Positions 37,946 to 48,064 of a DNA stretch of 64,000 nucleotides are shown one piece after another. Source of the stretch: an uncultured Roseobacter sp. (GTDB lineage Bacteria > Pseudomonadota > Alphaproteobacteria > Rhodobacterales > Rhodobacteraceae). Each line of letters starts with the position of its first letter. Position 1 is the first letter of the stretch. Position numbers and translations under genes: made by a program. The stretch is from positions 115,075 to 179,074 of the forward strand of contig NZ_CANLQB010000008.1 of assembly GCF_947493125.1 (NCBI RefSeq), given 5' to 3'. The notes under the pieces are model-generated. The model was not told where the DNA came from. It saw nothing but the letters and a program-made list of their open reading frames with translations, and did no database searches.

Positions 37946-38949
37946 TGGCGCGCGGACCGGTTCTCATCGAAATTGACGACGCGGCGGAGCCGAAGGTCAG
38001 CGTGGCAGAGGCCCCCCCGGTGCCGGAGGATGAGATCGCCCCGCCGCAGGGCCAGGCGATGCAGGTGGCCGCGGGGATTGCCGCACGCAAGCCGTCGCGG
38101 CTGGTGCGCTGGGTCTGGTCGCTGGGCCTGGCGCTGGTGGGCGCGGTCCTCTCGATCAAGGCCTGGGGGTTTTTGTCGACGCTGGTGGCGCAGAATGCGC
38201 TTCTGGGCTGGGCGATCACCGGGCTGACGGGCGCGTTTCTGCTGGCGCTGACAGTGTTGGCGTTGCGCGAGGTGGCCGCTTTGGGGCGGCTGGGGCGGCT
38301 CGACGGGCTGCGCCGGGCGGCGGATACGGCGCTGGCAGAAGATGATTTGCAGGCGGCGCGGGCGGTGACGGACCGGCTGCTGGCGCTCTACAAGGGCCGC
38401 GAGGACACGCGCTGGGGCCGCGACCGGATGGCGGAGTTGCGCGGGGATCAGATGGATGCGGCGAGCCTTCTGGTGTTGGTAGACCGCGAAATGCTGGGCC
38501 CGCTTGATCAGGCCGCCCAGCGCGAGGTCGAGGCGGCAGCCCGGCAGGTGGCCGCGGTGACGGCGCTGGTGCCGTTGGCCTTGGCGGATGTGGCGGCGGC
38601 GCTCACCGCGAACCTGCGCATGATCCGGCGGATTGCCGAGGTTTATGGCGGGCGCTCCGGGTTTCTGGGCGGCTGGCGGCTGACCCGTGCGGTGATGGCG
38701 CATCTGGTGGCCACGGGGGCCGTTGCGGTGGGCGATGACCTGCTGGAGCCGGTGCTGGGCGGCTCGATCCTCGGCAAGCTGTCGCGCCGCTTCGGCGAGG
38801 GGCTGGTCAACGGGGCGCTGACGGCGCGCGTCGGCGTGGCGGCAATGGATGTCTGCCGACCGCTGCCCTTCGCATCTGGAAAAAAGCCGAAAGTGCGCGA
38901 TATCATAAAGCAGAGCCTCGGCGGTCTCTTCGGGTCCAAGTCATCCTGA
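37945..38949 (+). CDS. ycjF: YcjF-like membrane protein (UPF0283 / DUF697)
   Basis: Start at MARGPVLIEIDD, two central TM helices, and a C-terminal DUF697-like region (LVPLALADVAAALTANLRMIRRIAEVYG). Confidence 0.8.
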   Translation: MARGPVLIEIDDAAEPKVSVAEAPPVPEDEIAPPQGQAMQVAAGIAARKPSRLVRWVWSLGLALVGAVLSIKAWGFLSTLVAQNALLGWAITGLTGAFLLALTVLALREVAALGRLGRLDGLRRAADTALAEDDLQAARAVTDRLLALYKGREDTRWGRDRMAELRGDQMDAASLLVLVDREMLGPLDQAAQREVEAAARQVAAVTALVPLALADVAAALTANLRMIRRIAEVYGGRSGFLGGWRLTRAVMAHLVATGAVAVGDDLLEPVLGGSILGKLSRRFGEGLVNGALTARVGVAAMDVCRPLPFASGKKPKVRDIIKQSLGGLFGSKSS

Positions 38950-38986
38950 GACCGCGTTGGGCGTCATCCGGACGGGAGTGGGTGTG

Positions 38987-40603
38987 ATGGAGAGTTTTGC
39001 CGCCGATCTGGCGACGATGGTGCGCAGGCCGCTGGAACCCGAGCATGTGGCCGCGATGCGCCGCAAGGGCGTGATCTCTGAGTTCAAGGCGGGCGAGTTC
39101 GTACAGGAGCCGGGCGGCGCCTCGGATGAATTTCATTACGTGATCGAGGGTGAGGTCGAGGCGGTGAACCCGTCTGATCTGAAGCGGCTCGGTGCGGCCA
39201 CGCTGGGGCCGGGGCAGTTCTTTGGCGATCTGCAGTTTCTCTCGGGCGGTGTGTCGCTCGCGGGCGCGCGGGCGGTGGTGGACAGCACCATGCTCTGTGT
39301 GCCGCGCGACGACATGCTGCAGATGATGTCGGACATGCCGGAGATGAGCGACATCATCGTCACGGTTCTGGCGGCGCGGCGCCGCCGGGCAGTGGAGCAA
39401 TCGGATTCCGCGCTCACGCTGATCGGCTCGGAGATCAGCCGCGACATTCGCCATGTGGCGAGCTTTGCCGCGCGCAACCGCATTCCCTATCGGGAGATCG
39501 AGGTGACCTCGCCCGAGGCGATGGCGCTGGCCGACCAATGCGGGATCGCCGAGGCGCAGCCGGGCGTGATCTTCGGCCGTGAGCGCAAGATCGACCCGCC
39601 AACGCCGCATGGGGTGGCGCAGGCGCTGGGGCTTTATATGGACACCGATGAGGCGCTCAGCTTCGACGTGCTGATCGTGGGCGGCGGCCCGGCGGGCGTG
39701 GCGGCGGGCGTCTATGCCGGGGCCGAAGGGCTGCGTGCGCTGGTGCTGGAGGATATGGCCGTGGGCGGGCAGGCAGGCACGTCGAGCCGGATCGAGAACT
39801 ACATGGGGTTTCCCACGGGCATCTCGGGTGGCGATCTGATCGGGCGCGGTGAGGTGCAGGCGATGAAATTCGGCACCAAGTTCTCGGTGCCGCGCCGCGC
39901 GGCCACCCTGCGGCAATGCGATGAGAAGTGGTTCCACGCCACGCTGGACGATGGCCAGGAGGTGAGTGCCAAGGCGTTGATCGTCGCGACCGGCGTGCAA
40001 TACCGCCGCCTGCCGCTGGAGGGGTTGGAGCGGCTGGAGGGTGCAGGGGTCTATTATGCGGCCACCGAGGTCGAGGCGCGCTGGTGCCGCGATGCGGAAG
40101 TGGCCGTCATTGGCGGCGGCAATTCGGCCGGGCAGGCGGCGATGTATCTGGCGCGCACGACCCGGCATGTGCATGTGCTGGTGCGCGGCGAGAGCCTGGC
40201 GTCGTCGATGTCGGACTATTTGTTGCAGCGGCTGACCTCTCATCCGCGGATCACGGTGCATGTGTGCACGGAAGTGACGGCCCTGCACGGACGCGATGTG
40301 CTGGAGCGGATCACGATCCGGGACCGCATGTCGGGGCAGGACTGGGATCTGAAGACGTCGGCGCTTTTTGTCATGGTGGGAGCGGCGCCGAACACCGAGT
40401 GGCTGTCGGGGCTGATCAAGCTGGATGACAAGGGGTTCGTGCTGACCGGCGCGGAGGCCGGCGGGCGGTCGCAGTATGAGACGTCCTGTCCTGGCGTTTT
40501 CGCCGTGGGCGACGTGCGGGCCGGGTCTGTGAAACGCGTGGCCTCGGCTGTGGGCGAAGGATCGGTGGTGATGTCGGAGGTCTGGGCGCATGTGAATGCG
40601 TGA
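38987..40603 (+). CDS. Cyclic-nucleotide-binding domain fused to a thioredoxin-reductase-like FAD/NAD(P) oxidoreductase
   Basis: N-terminal cNMP-binding fold (FFGDLQFLSGG... region). The TrxB-like part has FDVLIVGGGPAGVAAGVYA, AVIGGGNSAGQAAMYL and GVFAVGDV. The CxxC position reads AATE. Confidence 0.85.
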   Translation: MESFAADLATMVRRPLEPEHVAAMRRKGVISEFKAGEFVQEPGGASDEFHYVIEGEVEAVNPSDLKRLGAATLGPGQFFGDLQFLSGGVSLAGARAVVDSTMLCVPRDDMLQMMSDMPEMSDIIVTVLAARRRRAVEQSDSALTLIGSEISRDIRHVASFAARNRIPYREIEVTSPEAMALADQCGIAEAQPGVIFGRERKIDPPTPHGVAQALGLYMDTDEALSFDVLIVGGGPAGVAAGVYAGAEGLRALVLEDMAVGGQAGTSSRIENYMGFPTGISGGDLIGRGEVQAMKFGTKFSVPRRAATLRQCDEKWFHATLDDGQEVSAKALIVATGVQYRRLPLEGLERLEGAGVYYAATEVEARWCRDAEVAVIGGGNSAGQAAMYLARTTRHVHVLVRGESLASSMSDYLLQRLTSHPRITVHVCTEVTALHGRDVLERITIRDRMSGQDWDLKTSALFVMVGAAPNTEWLSGLIKLDDKGFVLTGAEAGGRSQYETSCPGVFAVGDVRAGSVKRVASAVGEGSVVMSEVWAHVNA

Positions 40604-40957
40604 TTGGGAGCGCTGCCCCTGGTGCCTGATGGCGTTTGGGGCTCCGCCCCGTTCGGCCCTCCAACTGTCCGCTGGACAGTTTACCGCTGACGCGGACCGG
40701 GCCTCACCCCCCGGAGTATTTTACGAAGAATGAAGGGGAGGGGCGCTTGTGGCGGGAGGGCTGTGGCAATTCTCGGCACAGGACTTGTCGGCGTGGAATG
40801 TGCTGCGTATAAGGCGCGCATGCTTGACCTGTGCCTGATCATCATTCGAATTATATCCCCGGCGCTCTGATCTGATGAGACGCCGGGCCAAGGTGTTTGC
40901 GACGCGCGCACCGACCGCTTTTCCAACATGTGACACGACATCCAAAGGACGCCCGCA

Positions 40958-43924
40958 ATGTGCGCCGACACCACCGACACCGCTGAGAAACACGACTATA
41001 AATCCACGCTGAACCTGCCGAAGACGGAGTTCCCGATGCGCGCTGGGCTGCCCAAGCGTGAGCCTGACTGGCTGAAGCGGTGGGAGGAGATCGGGGTTTA
41101 TGACCGGCTGCGGGAGCAAAGGGGACGGGAGAGCTTCGTGCTGCATGACGGCCCGCCCTATGCCAACGGCAACCTGCACATCGGGCATGCGCTGAACAAG
41201 ACGATCAAGGACATGATCGTGCGCTCGCATCAGATGATGGGATTTGACAGCCGCTATGTGCCCGGCTGGGACTGCCACGGGCTGCCCATTGAGTGGAAGA
41301 TCGAGGAGCAGTACCGCAAGGACGGCAAGAACAAGGACGAGGTGCCGATCAACGATTTCCGCGCCGAGTGCCGCAAGTTCGCGGCCCATTGGGTGGACGT
41401 GCAGCGCGCGGAGTTCAAGCGGCTGGGGGTGACGGGCAACTGGGGTGATCCGTACCTCACGATGGATTTCCACGCCGAGCGGGTGATCGCCGAAGAGTTC
41501 ATGAAGTTCCTGATGAACGGCACGCTTTACCAGGGCAGCAAGCCCGTGATGTGGTCGCCGGTCGAGCAGACGGCGCTCGCCGAGGCGGAGGTGGAATACC
41601 ACGACAAGGAAAGCTTCACGATCTGGGTGAAGTTCAGGGCGCTGATCAACGAGACGACGCCGGCTGTGACCGGTGATGCGGGACAGGTGCAGGCGCTGTC
41701 GGACCTTGACGGGGCCTATGTGGTGATCTGGACGACCACACCCTGGACCATGCCGTCGAACAAGGCGGTGGTTTTTGGGCCGGACATCTCCTACGGGCTC
41801 TACGAGATCACCGGGCGGCCCGAGGAATGCTGGGCGCGGATCGGGGAGCGCTATCTGCTGGCCGACAGCATGGCGGCGGATGTGCTGGGCCGCGCGCGTC
41901 TGGATGAGACCATGTACCGCCGTCTGCGCGACGTGACCGCCGCGGAGCTGAGCCATCTGCGGCTGGTGCATCCCTTGAAGGGGGCCGACGGCGCGCAGGG
42001 CGAATGGGACGACGTCCGCGATTTCCGCGCGGCGGATTTCGTGACCGACACGGAAGGCACCGGCTTTGTGCATTGCGCGCCGTCCCACGGGATGGAGGAG
42101 TATGAGCTCTATCGCGATCTGAACATGCTGCAGGAGGTCATCACCTATAATGTGACCGATGAGGGCATGTTCCGCGCGGATCTGCCGTTCTTTGGTGGGA
42201 CCTACATCCTGAACCGCAAGGGCAAGGAGGGGGATGCCAATACGGCGGTGATCAACAAGCTGGCCGAGGTCGGCGGGCTGCTCGCACGCGGCAAGATCAA
42301 GCACAGCTACCCGCACTCCTGGCGCTCCAAGGCACCGGTGATCTACCGCAACACGCCGCAGTGGTTTGCCGCCATCGACAAGCCCGTCGGCGACGGGCAG
42401 GACACCCATGGCACCACGATCCGGGAACGGGCGCTGACCGAGATCGACAACGTCAACTGGACACCGGAATCGGGGCGCAACCGGCTTTATTCCATGATGC
42501 AGGCGCGGCCCGATTGGGTGCTGTCGCGCCAGCGCGCCTGGGGCGTGCCGCTCACGTGCTTCACCAAGAAAGGCGCGTTGCCGACGGACGACGACTTTCT
42601 GCTGCGCAACGCGGAGGTGAACGCGCGGATCGTCGCGGCCTTCGAGGCCGAGGGCGCGGATGCCTGGTACGAGGACGGCGCGAAGGAGCGGTTCCTCGGC
42701 AATGTGGTGAACCCGGATGACTACGATCAGGTGATGGATATTCTGGATGTGTGGTTCGACTCAGGATCGACCCATGCTTTCACCCTGCGCGACCGCGCAG
42801 ATGGCACCGAGGACGGCATCGCGGATGTCTATATGGAAGGCACGGACCAGCACCGCGGGTGGTTCCACTCGTCGCTCCTGCAGTCGGTGGGGACCACCGG
42901 GCGCGCGCCGTATCGCAATGTGGTGACGCATGGGTTCACGCTGGATGCGAAGGGCATGAAGATGTCCAAATCCATCGGCAACACGATTGTGCCCGAGAAG
43001 ATTGTCCAGCAGTACGGGGCCGATATCCTGCGGCTCTGGGTGGCGCAAACGGATTACACCGCGGATCAACGGATCGGGGACGAGATCCTGAAGGGCGTGG
43101 CCGACAGCTATCGCCGCCTGCGCAACACCATGCGCTATATGCTGGGCTCGCTGAACGACTTCACCGAAGCGGACCGGATGGACCCGGCGGAGATGCCGGA
43201 GCTCGAGCGCTGGGTGCTGCACCGGCTGGCGGAACTGGATCAGGAGGTGCGCGCGCGCTACGCGCGGTTCGACTTCCAGGGGGTCTGGCAGGCGGTCTTC
43301 ACCTTTGCGACGCTGGATCTCTCGGCCTTCTACTTCGACATCCGCAAGGACGCGCTCTATTGCGATGGCGACACCGTCGCGCGGCGGTCGGCGCGGACGG
43401 TGCTGGATCTGCTGTTCCACCGGCTGACCACGTGGCTGGCGCCGGTGCTGGTCTTCACGATGGAAGAGGTGTGGCTGGAACGCTTCCCGCAAGAGGGCAG
43501 CTCGGTGCATTTGCAAGACTTCCCGGACACGCCAGGGGATTGGCTGGCGCCGGACCTGGCCGAGAAGTGGGCTGAGGTGCGCGCAGTGCGTCGCGTTGTG
43601 ACCGCCGCGCTGGAAGTGCAACGGACTGAGAAGGTGATTGGCGCGTCTCTGGAGGCGGCCCCGATCGTGCATGTGGCAGATGAGGCGCTGCGGGTGACGC
43701 TCGAAGCGCTGCCGTTCGAGGACATCTGCATCACCTCGCAGATCGCGGTGAGCGGCGATGCGGCGCCGGAGGATGCGTTCACGCTGCCGGAGGTGCCCGG
43801 TGTGGCAGTGGTCTTTGCCAAGGCGCAAGGCGCGAAATGCGCGCGCTGCTGGAAGATCCTGCCCGATGTCGGCACCCATGCGGCCCCCGGCGTTTGCGGG
43901 CGCTGTGACAGCGCCGTCGCCTGA
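40958..43924 (+). CDS. ileS: Isoleucine--tRNA ligase
   Basis: 988 aa with HIGH ([11 protein letters not shown]) and KMSKS ([10 protein letters not shown]) motifs and a C-terminal zinc-finger pattern CARCWK...CGRC. Confidence 0.95.
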   Translation: MCADTTDTAEKHDYKSTLNLPKTEFPMRAGLPKREPDWLKRWEEIGVYDRLREQRGRESFVLHDGPPYANGNLHIGHALNKTIKDMIVRSHQMMGFDSRYVPGWDCHGLPIEWKIEEQYRKDGKNKDEVPINDFRAECRKFAAHWVDVQRAEFKRLGVTGNWGDPYLTMDFHAERVIAEEFMKFLMNGTLYQGSKPVMWSPVEQTALAEAEVEYHDKESFTIWVKFRALINETTPAVTGDAGQVQALSDLDGAYVVIWTTTPWTMPSNKAVVFGPDISYGLYEITGRPEECWARIGERYLLADSMAADVLGRARLDETMYRRLRDVTAAELSHLRLVHPLKGADGAQGEWDDVRDFRAADFVTDTEGTGFVHCAPSHGMEEYELYRDLNMLQEVITYNVTDEGMFRADLPFFGGTYILNRKGKEGDANTAVINKLAEVGGLLARGKIKHSYPHSWRSKAPVIYRNTPQWFAAIDKPVGDGQDTHGTTIRERALTEIDNVNWTPESGRNRLYSMMQARPDWVLSRQRAWGVPLTCFTKKGALPTDDDFLLRNAEVNARIVAAFEAEGADAWYEDGAKERFLGNVVNPDDYDQVMDILDVWFDSGSTHAFTLRDRADGTEDGIADVYMEGTDQHRGWFHSSLLQSVGTTGRAPYRNVVTHGFTLDAKGMKMSKSIGNTIVPEKIVQQYGADILRLWVAQTDYTADQRIGDEILKGVADSYRRLRNTMRYMLGSLNDFTEADRMDPAEMPELERWVLHRLAELDQEVRARYARFDFQGVWQAVFTFATLDLSAFYFDIRKDALYCDGDTVARRSARTVLDLLFHRLTTWLAPVLVFTMEEVWLERFPQEGSSVHLQDFPDTPGDWLAPDLAEKWAEVRAVRRVVTAALEVQRTEKVIGASLEAAPIVHVADEALRVTLEALPFEDICITSQIAVSGDAAPEDAFTLPEVPGVAVVFAKAQGAKCARCWKILPDVGTHAAPGVCGRCDSAVA

Positions 43925-43931
43925 TCCGGCC

Positions 43932-44168
43932 ATGATCGCGGCGACCATCCGGGAGCTGGCGCAGCACCGCGGGCCGGGCAAGACGCTCTGTCCGTCCGAG
44001 GTGGCGCGAGCGCTCGCGCCGGATGACTGGCGGGCGCTGATGCCAGAGGTGCGGCGGACAGCCGATGCGCTCGCTGCGGCGGGTGAGATCGTGGTGATGC
44101 AGAAGGGCAAGGCGGTGTCTGCCTGCACGGCACGGGGCGCGATCCGGATCGGGCTCAAAGCGCCCTAA
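43932..44168 (+). CDS. DUF3253-like small protein
   Basis: 78 aa starting at MIAATIRELAQHRGPGKTLCPSEVARAL...DWRALMPEVR, which matches the DUF3253 family pattern. Confidence 0.6.
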   Translation: MIAATIRELAQHRGPGKTLCPSEVARALAPDDWRALMPEVRRTADALAAAGEIVVMQKGKAVSACTARGAIRIGLKAP

Positions 44169-44211
44169 ACGCAGGTTCCGGGTTGCTGGTGGGCAGAGGT
44201 CGGGTCATCCT

Positions 44212-44673
44212 GTGTCTATGCAACGTCTCTGCGTCGATACCCAATTTGGCCGTCTTACTCTCGTTGAAGAGGCGGGCGCCATCACCGCTGTGCGGTGGAA
44301 TGGTGCGGATGCGGGCGCCCGGACGGCTTTGCTCAAAGAGGCCGCACAGCAATTGGTCGAGTACGATGCGGGCACACGTGAGAGCTTTGATCTGCCCTTG
44401 AAGGTGCGCGGGTCTGCCTTCCAGCAGGATGTTTGCGCCGTGATGCGGGCGATCCCCTTTGGCGAGACGGTGACCTATGGCGACATTGCCCGTGAACTGG
44501 GCGCGATGCCGCAGGCGGTGGGTCAGGCCTGTGGCGGAAATCCGATCCCGATCATCATTCCCTGCCATCGGGTAATGGGGGCAAAGGGCCTGACCGGGTT
44601 CTCGGGCTCCGGGGGTGTCGAGACCAAAGTGGCGCTCTTGCGGCACGAAGGGGCGGCGGGATTGCTGATTTGA
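44212..44673 (+). CDS. ogt: Methylated-DNA--protein-cysteine methyltransferase
   Basis: Active-site PCHRV (IIPCHRVMG) and a typical C-terminal DNA-binding domain. Confidence 0.9.
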   Translation: MSMQRLCVDTQFGRLTLVEEAGAITAVRWNGADAGARTALLKEAAQQLVEYDAGTRESFDLPLKVRGSAFQQDVCAVMRAIPFGETVTYGDIARELGAMPQAVGQACGGNPIPIIIPCHRVMGAKGLTGFSGSGGVETKVALLRHEGAAGLLI

Positions 44674-44678
44674 CCAAG

Positions 44679-44753
44679 GGTGGCCTGAAAGCCCACCCAA
44701 CCTGCCAGCACCGACGGTCTGGACCGGCAGGTGCGGTGGGCTTTCAGGCCACC
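44679..44753. repeat. ~75-bp palindromic intergenic repeat, copy 2
   Basis: It has the same 19-nt arms and the inner CCTGCC/GGCAGG pairing as copy 1. It fills the gap between the convergent ogt stop (44673) and pcs stop (44759). Confidence 0.85.
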
Positions 44754-44758
44754 GCGGT

Positions 44759-45463
44759 CTACAGCCCACCGTTGTTGCGGGTGGGAAAGATCTGCTGCGC
44801 GATGCCGGCGAAGACCAGGTAGACCGAGGTCACCACCAGCCCCCAGTGCGCCCAGCTTTGCGGATGAAAGTGGACCCAGGCGGCCCAGCCCGCAAAGAAC
44901 GTCCAGGCCAGCGCCATGGGCAGCGTAACAAAGCGCCAGCGTTCCGTGCGAACCGGGTGCACGAATTTCAGCGGCAGGAACATCGCCACGGCCAGCGCCG
45001 TCACAAGCGCAAGCGACACCCAGAAATTCGGTTGCAGCGCGAAGATCACCAGCACCAGCATGTTCCAGCACCCTGGAAAGCCCGAGAAGGAATTGTCCTT
45101 TGTCTTCATGCGCGTATCGGCAAAATAGAGGGCGGAGGCGAAGGTGATCACGATGATCGCGAACCAGCCCGTCCAGCCGTCCATCAGACCGGACTTGAAA
45201 AGCGCGAAGGCCGGGATGAACACATAGGTCAGATAGTCGATGATCAGATCGAGCAGCACCCCGTCGAATTCGGGCGCGTTCACCTTCACATGGTAATGAC
45301 GCGCGAGCGGGCCATCGACGCCATCGACAAAGAAGGCCACGACGAGCCAAAGGAACATCAGATCCCATTTCTCGTCGACCGCTGCCAACATCGACAGCAT
45401 GGCAAATACCGCGCCCGTGGCCGTAAACAAATGCACGCCGAGCGCGCGTAACCTCAATGTCAT
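44759..45463 (-). CDS. pcs: Phosphatidylcholine synthase (CDP-alcohol phosphatidyltransferase family)
   Basis: DGVDGPLAR ... DLIIDYLTY motif with a multi-TM profile. The start is either 45463 (MTLRLRALG) or 45481. Confidence 0.85.
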   Translation of the reverse strand: MTLRLRALGVHLFTATGAVFAMLSMLAAVDEKWDLMFLWLVVAFFVDGVDGPLARHYHVKVNAPEFDGVLLDLIIDYLTYVFIPAFALFKSGLMDGWTGWFAIIVITFASALYFADTRMKTKDNSFSGFPGCWNMLVLVIFALQPNFWVSLALVTALAVAMFLPLKFVHPVRTERWRFVTLPMALAWTFFAGWAAWVHFHPQSWAHWGLVVTSVYLVFAGIAQQIFPTRNNGGL

Positions 45464-45535
45464 GCCATGTTCATGCCGCAAGGAAGGACGGGATGCAAAA
45501 GGAAAAAAGCCACTTGTCCGCGCGTCTCCAGGGGC

Positions 45536-46456
45536 TCAGGCTTTGGGGTGGGCGCGGTCGTAGACCTCCATGAGCCGGGCCGTGTCGACCGCCGTATAGG
45601 CCTGGGTCGTTGACAGCGACGCGTGGCCCAGAAGCTCCTGAATGGCGCGGAGATCACCGCCCGCGTTGAGCAGATGCGTGGCAAAACTGTGGCGCATGGC
45701 ATGTGGCGTGGCGCTGGCGGGCAGGCCAAGCTGCATCCGCGTGCGCGCCATGACTTTCTGGATGGCACCAGGCCCGAGCGCGCCGCCGCGCACCCCGCGA
45801 AAGAGCGGCCGATTTGGCTCCAGCGGGACGGGGCAGAGGCGCAGATAGGCGTCGACCGCCTTGCAGGCGGCGGGAAGCACCGGAACCACGCGCTCCTTGT
45901 TGCCCTTGCCCGTGATCCGAAGCGTGTCGGGCAGCGGCGCATCCGCCCCCTGCAATCCCAGCGCTTCGGAGATGCGCAGACCGCAGCCCCAGAGCAGGGT
46001 CACCACGGCCACATCGCGGGCGCCGATCCAGGGTGTGTCCGACTGCAGCTCGATGGCGTCAATCAAGCCACGCGCGGCGTCCTCGGCCAGCGGGCGCGGC
46101 AGCTTCTTCTGGAACTTCGGAGCGCGGACCGACAGCACGGCGGTGGGCTCGAACCCCTCACGCTCGGCCAACCAGCGGTAGAAGGCCTTCACCGCCGAGA
46201 GCTTGCGGGCCAGGGAGCGCGCCGCGATGCCACCGCCGCGCGCCTGGGCCATCCAGGCCCGCATGTCGGTCACGGTGATCCGCGACAGCGCGACCAGCCC
46301 CTGGCGCTCTCCCTTGTGGTTGGTGATGAAGGCGAGGAACTCGGTGACGTCGCCCTGATAGGCCGTGATCGTGTTCTGCGCTGCGTTTTTCAACGCGCGC
46401 TGATGGCTCAGCCAGGCCTCCAGCGCGTCGCGCGCCGCCGGGCTGATCAGGCTCAC
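45536..46456 (-). CDS. xerC: Tyrosine recombinase XerC
   Basis: Catalytic residues in context (GLRISEALGL, HAMRHSFATHLL, LLGHASLSTTQAYT). It lies downstream of a DUF484 gene, as in the yigA-xerC arrangement. Confidence 0.85.
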   Translation of the reverse strand: MSLISPAARDALEAWLSHQRALKNAAQNTITAYQGDVTEFLAFITNHKGERQGLVALSRITVTDMRAWMAQARGGGIAARSLARKLSAVKAFYRWLAEREGFEPTAVLSVRAPKFQKKLPRPLAEDAARGLIDAIELQSDTPWIGARDVAVVTLLWGCGLRISEALGLQGADAPLPDTLRITGKGNKERVVPVLPAACKAVDAYLRLCPVPLEPNRPLFRGVRGGALGPGAIQKVMARTRMQLGLPASATPHAMRHSFATHLLNAGGDLRAIQELLGHASLSTTQAYTAVDTARLMEVYDRAHPKA

Positions 46457-47160
46457 GACAGAAAGCGGCGCAGGATCCGTTCAAAAACGCCGGTGAAGAA
46501 GACGAGGAGGTCGGTCCCCTGCTGCGGGCCGAACATATGCGGGTCATCCGAGCCGAGCACCAGCAGACCGGGCAGGCAGCCGGGCCCGACGTCGAGCGCC
46601 AGGCAGGCTTCGGATTTGATCGACGCGGCCTTTTCGGGGAACAGCGCGGGCGCGCCCTGCTGCACCTGGCGCAGGGTCACCTGCCGGGAACTGCCCTGTC
46701 TGCCCTGGTTCAGATAGTCCGCAATGTAACCCGGGGCGGCCACGGCCAGCACATCATCCAGACCGCTCAGCGCCGGGTCGAGCCCGTCTTGCGCGCTCTC
46801 CAGAACCAGGCGGATGGCGTCCACCCGCAGGATTTCGGCCACATCGCCGCCCAGATCCGTCAGGAAGGTTTCAAGATCCGCGGGCTCCAGCATGCGCAGG
46901 ATCGCGCGATGGATCTGGTTGGTGCCCGCAAGGTTTTCGTAGGCCGCGGCGATGACGGAGCGGTGGGTGTCCTCGAGCCGGTCCAGCCGGGTCTCCATCC
47001 GCTGCATGGCGATGCTGCGCAGGTCCACGATGTTGGCGCCCATCGCGCGTTCATTCGCGGCGATGAGCGCGTCCATGACGTCTTTGTCGTCGAGGATCAC
47101 ATCGGGCTGCGAGAGGATCGCCTCGCGCAGGGCGTCTTCAATCTTGGGGTTGCTGCTCAT
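46453..47160 (-). CDS. DUF484 family protein
   Basis: Start at MSSNPKIEDALREAILSQPDV with a GAF-like C-terminal part. Overlaps the xerC start by 4 nt. Confidence 0.75.
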   Translation of the reverse strand: MSSNPKIEDALREAILSQPDVILDDKDVMDALIAANERAMGANIVDLRSIAMQRMETRLDRLEDTHRSVIAAAYENLAGTNQIHRAILRMLEPADLETFLTDLGGDVAEILRVDAIRLVLESAQDGLDPALSGLDDVLAVAAPGYIADYLNQGRQGSSRQVTLRQVQQGAPALFPEKAASIKSEACLALDVGPGCLPGLLVLGSDDPHMFGPQQGTDLLVFFTGVFERILRRFLS

Positions 47161-47308
47161 GATTTTCTCGGCTGTTTTTTCACAGCCTAGCACGGGAGTG
47201 ACGCGAAATCGCTTTGAAAATCATGCGCTCGTCGGATGAGCAGCGAGGTGTTGCCAATGGGTGCCAGCGCCGATCGGGCGCTGCACCGGGTATGTCACGG
47301 GAGATCCC

Positions 47309-47962
47309 TCAGAGGATCTTTTGACCGGTCTTGGCCCAATCCGCCATGAACTGCTCCAGCCCCTTGTCGGTCAGCGGGTGCGTGGCCAGCTTCTTGATCA
47401 CTTCGGGTGGTGCCGTGATGACATCGGCACCGATCAGCGCGGAATCCTGCACGTGGTTCACCGAACGGATCGAGGCGGCGAGGATTTCGGTCTCGAAGCC
47501 GTAATTGTCGTAGACGGTGCGGATGTCCTGGATCAGTTCCATGCCATCGAGGTGCATATCATCGAGCCGCCCGATGAAGGGGCTGATGAAGCTTGCGCCC
47601 GCCTTGGCGGCCAGCAGCGCCTGATTGGCGGAGAAGCACAAGGTGACGTTGACCATCTTGCCTTCGCTCGACAGTACCTTGCAGGCCTTGAGCCCGTCCC
47701 ATGTCAGCGGCAGTTTCACGGTGATGTTGGGCGCGATCTCGGCCAGCTTGCGGCCTTCGGCAATCATCGCTTCCGCGTCCAGCGCCACCACTTCGGCGCT
47801 GACAGGCCCATCGACGATGCCGCAGATCTCCTTGGTCACTTCGATGATGTCGCGACCGGACTTCAGGATCAGGGACGGGTTGGTGGTGACCCCGTCGACC
47901 ATCCCCAGGTCATTCAGTTCAGAGATCGCTTGTGTATCGGCGGTGTCGACAAAGAATTTCAT
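47309..47962 (-). CDS. fsa: Fructose-6-phosphate aldolase / short transaldolase
   Basis: 217 aa: [32 protein letters not shown] and the Schiff-base Lys context NITVKLP. The longer 463-aa ORF upstream of the ATG is not protein-like. Confidence 0.9.
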   Translation of the reverse strand: MKFFVDTADTQAISELNDLGMVDGVTTNPSLILKSGRDIIEVTKEICGIVDGPVSAEVVALDAEAMIAEGRKLAEIAPNITVKLPLTWDGLKACKVLSSEGKMVNVTLCFSANQALLAAKAGASFISPFIGRLDDMHLDGMELIQDIRTVYDNYGFETEILAASIRSVNHVQDSALIGADVITAPPEVIKKLATHPLTDKGLEQFMADWAKTGQKIL

Positions 47963-48064
47963 CGGTCGGCTCCTTTCTGCAGATATGTGAACGCTAACAG
48001 CTGTCCGTCTTGCGCTTGGCTTTACCGCATGATCTGCGATGCTTAAACCCTCAAGCGGCATATT

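Noticed and set aside
40730-40870. 46-codon ORF (MKGRGACGG...) in the ileS leader
   Set aside because: The SD is weak and distant, the composition is Gly/Arg-rich, there is no terminator, and nothing supports it beyond an open frame.
40721-42409. 562-aa ORF antisense to ileS, plus similar long antisense or shadow ORFs (5983-7506, 8514-9614, 18893-20173, 21223-22815, 22821-24092, 27939-29396, 38903-40591, 42761-44158, 51757-53082, 56033-57892)
   Set aside because: Each overlaps a gene with unambiguous family motifs on the other strand. Their translations are Arg/Gly/Pro/His-rich with no recognisable domains. They are high-GC frame artefacts, not overlapping genes.
45536-46456. Tyrosine recombinase, considered as a possible integrase marking a mobile element
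   Set aside because: It follows a DUF484 gene with a 4-nt overlap, which is the conserved yigA-xerC arrangement. It has host-like GC. There is no flanking tRNA, direct repeat or cargo. It is the housekeeping XerC chromosome-dimer resolvase.
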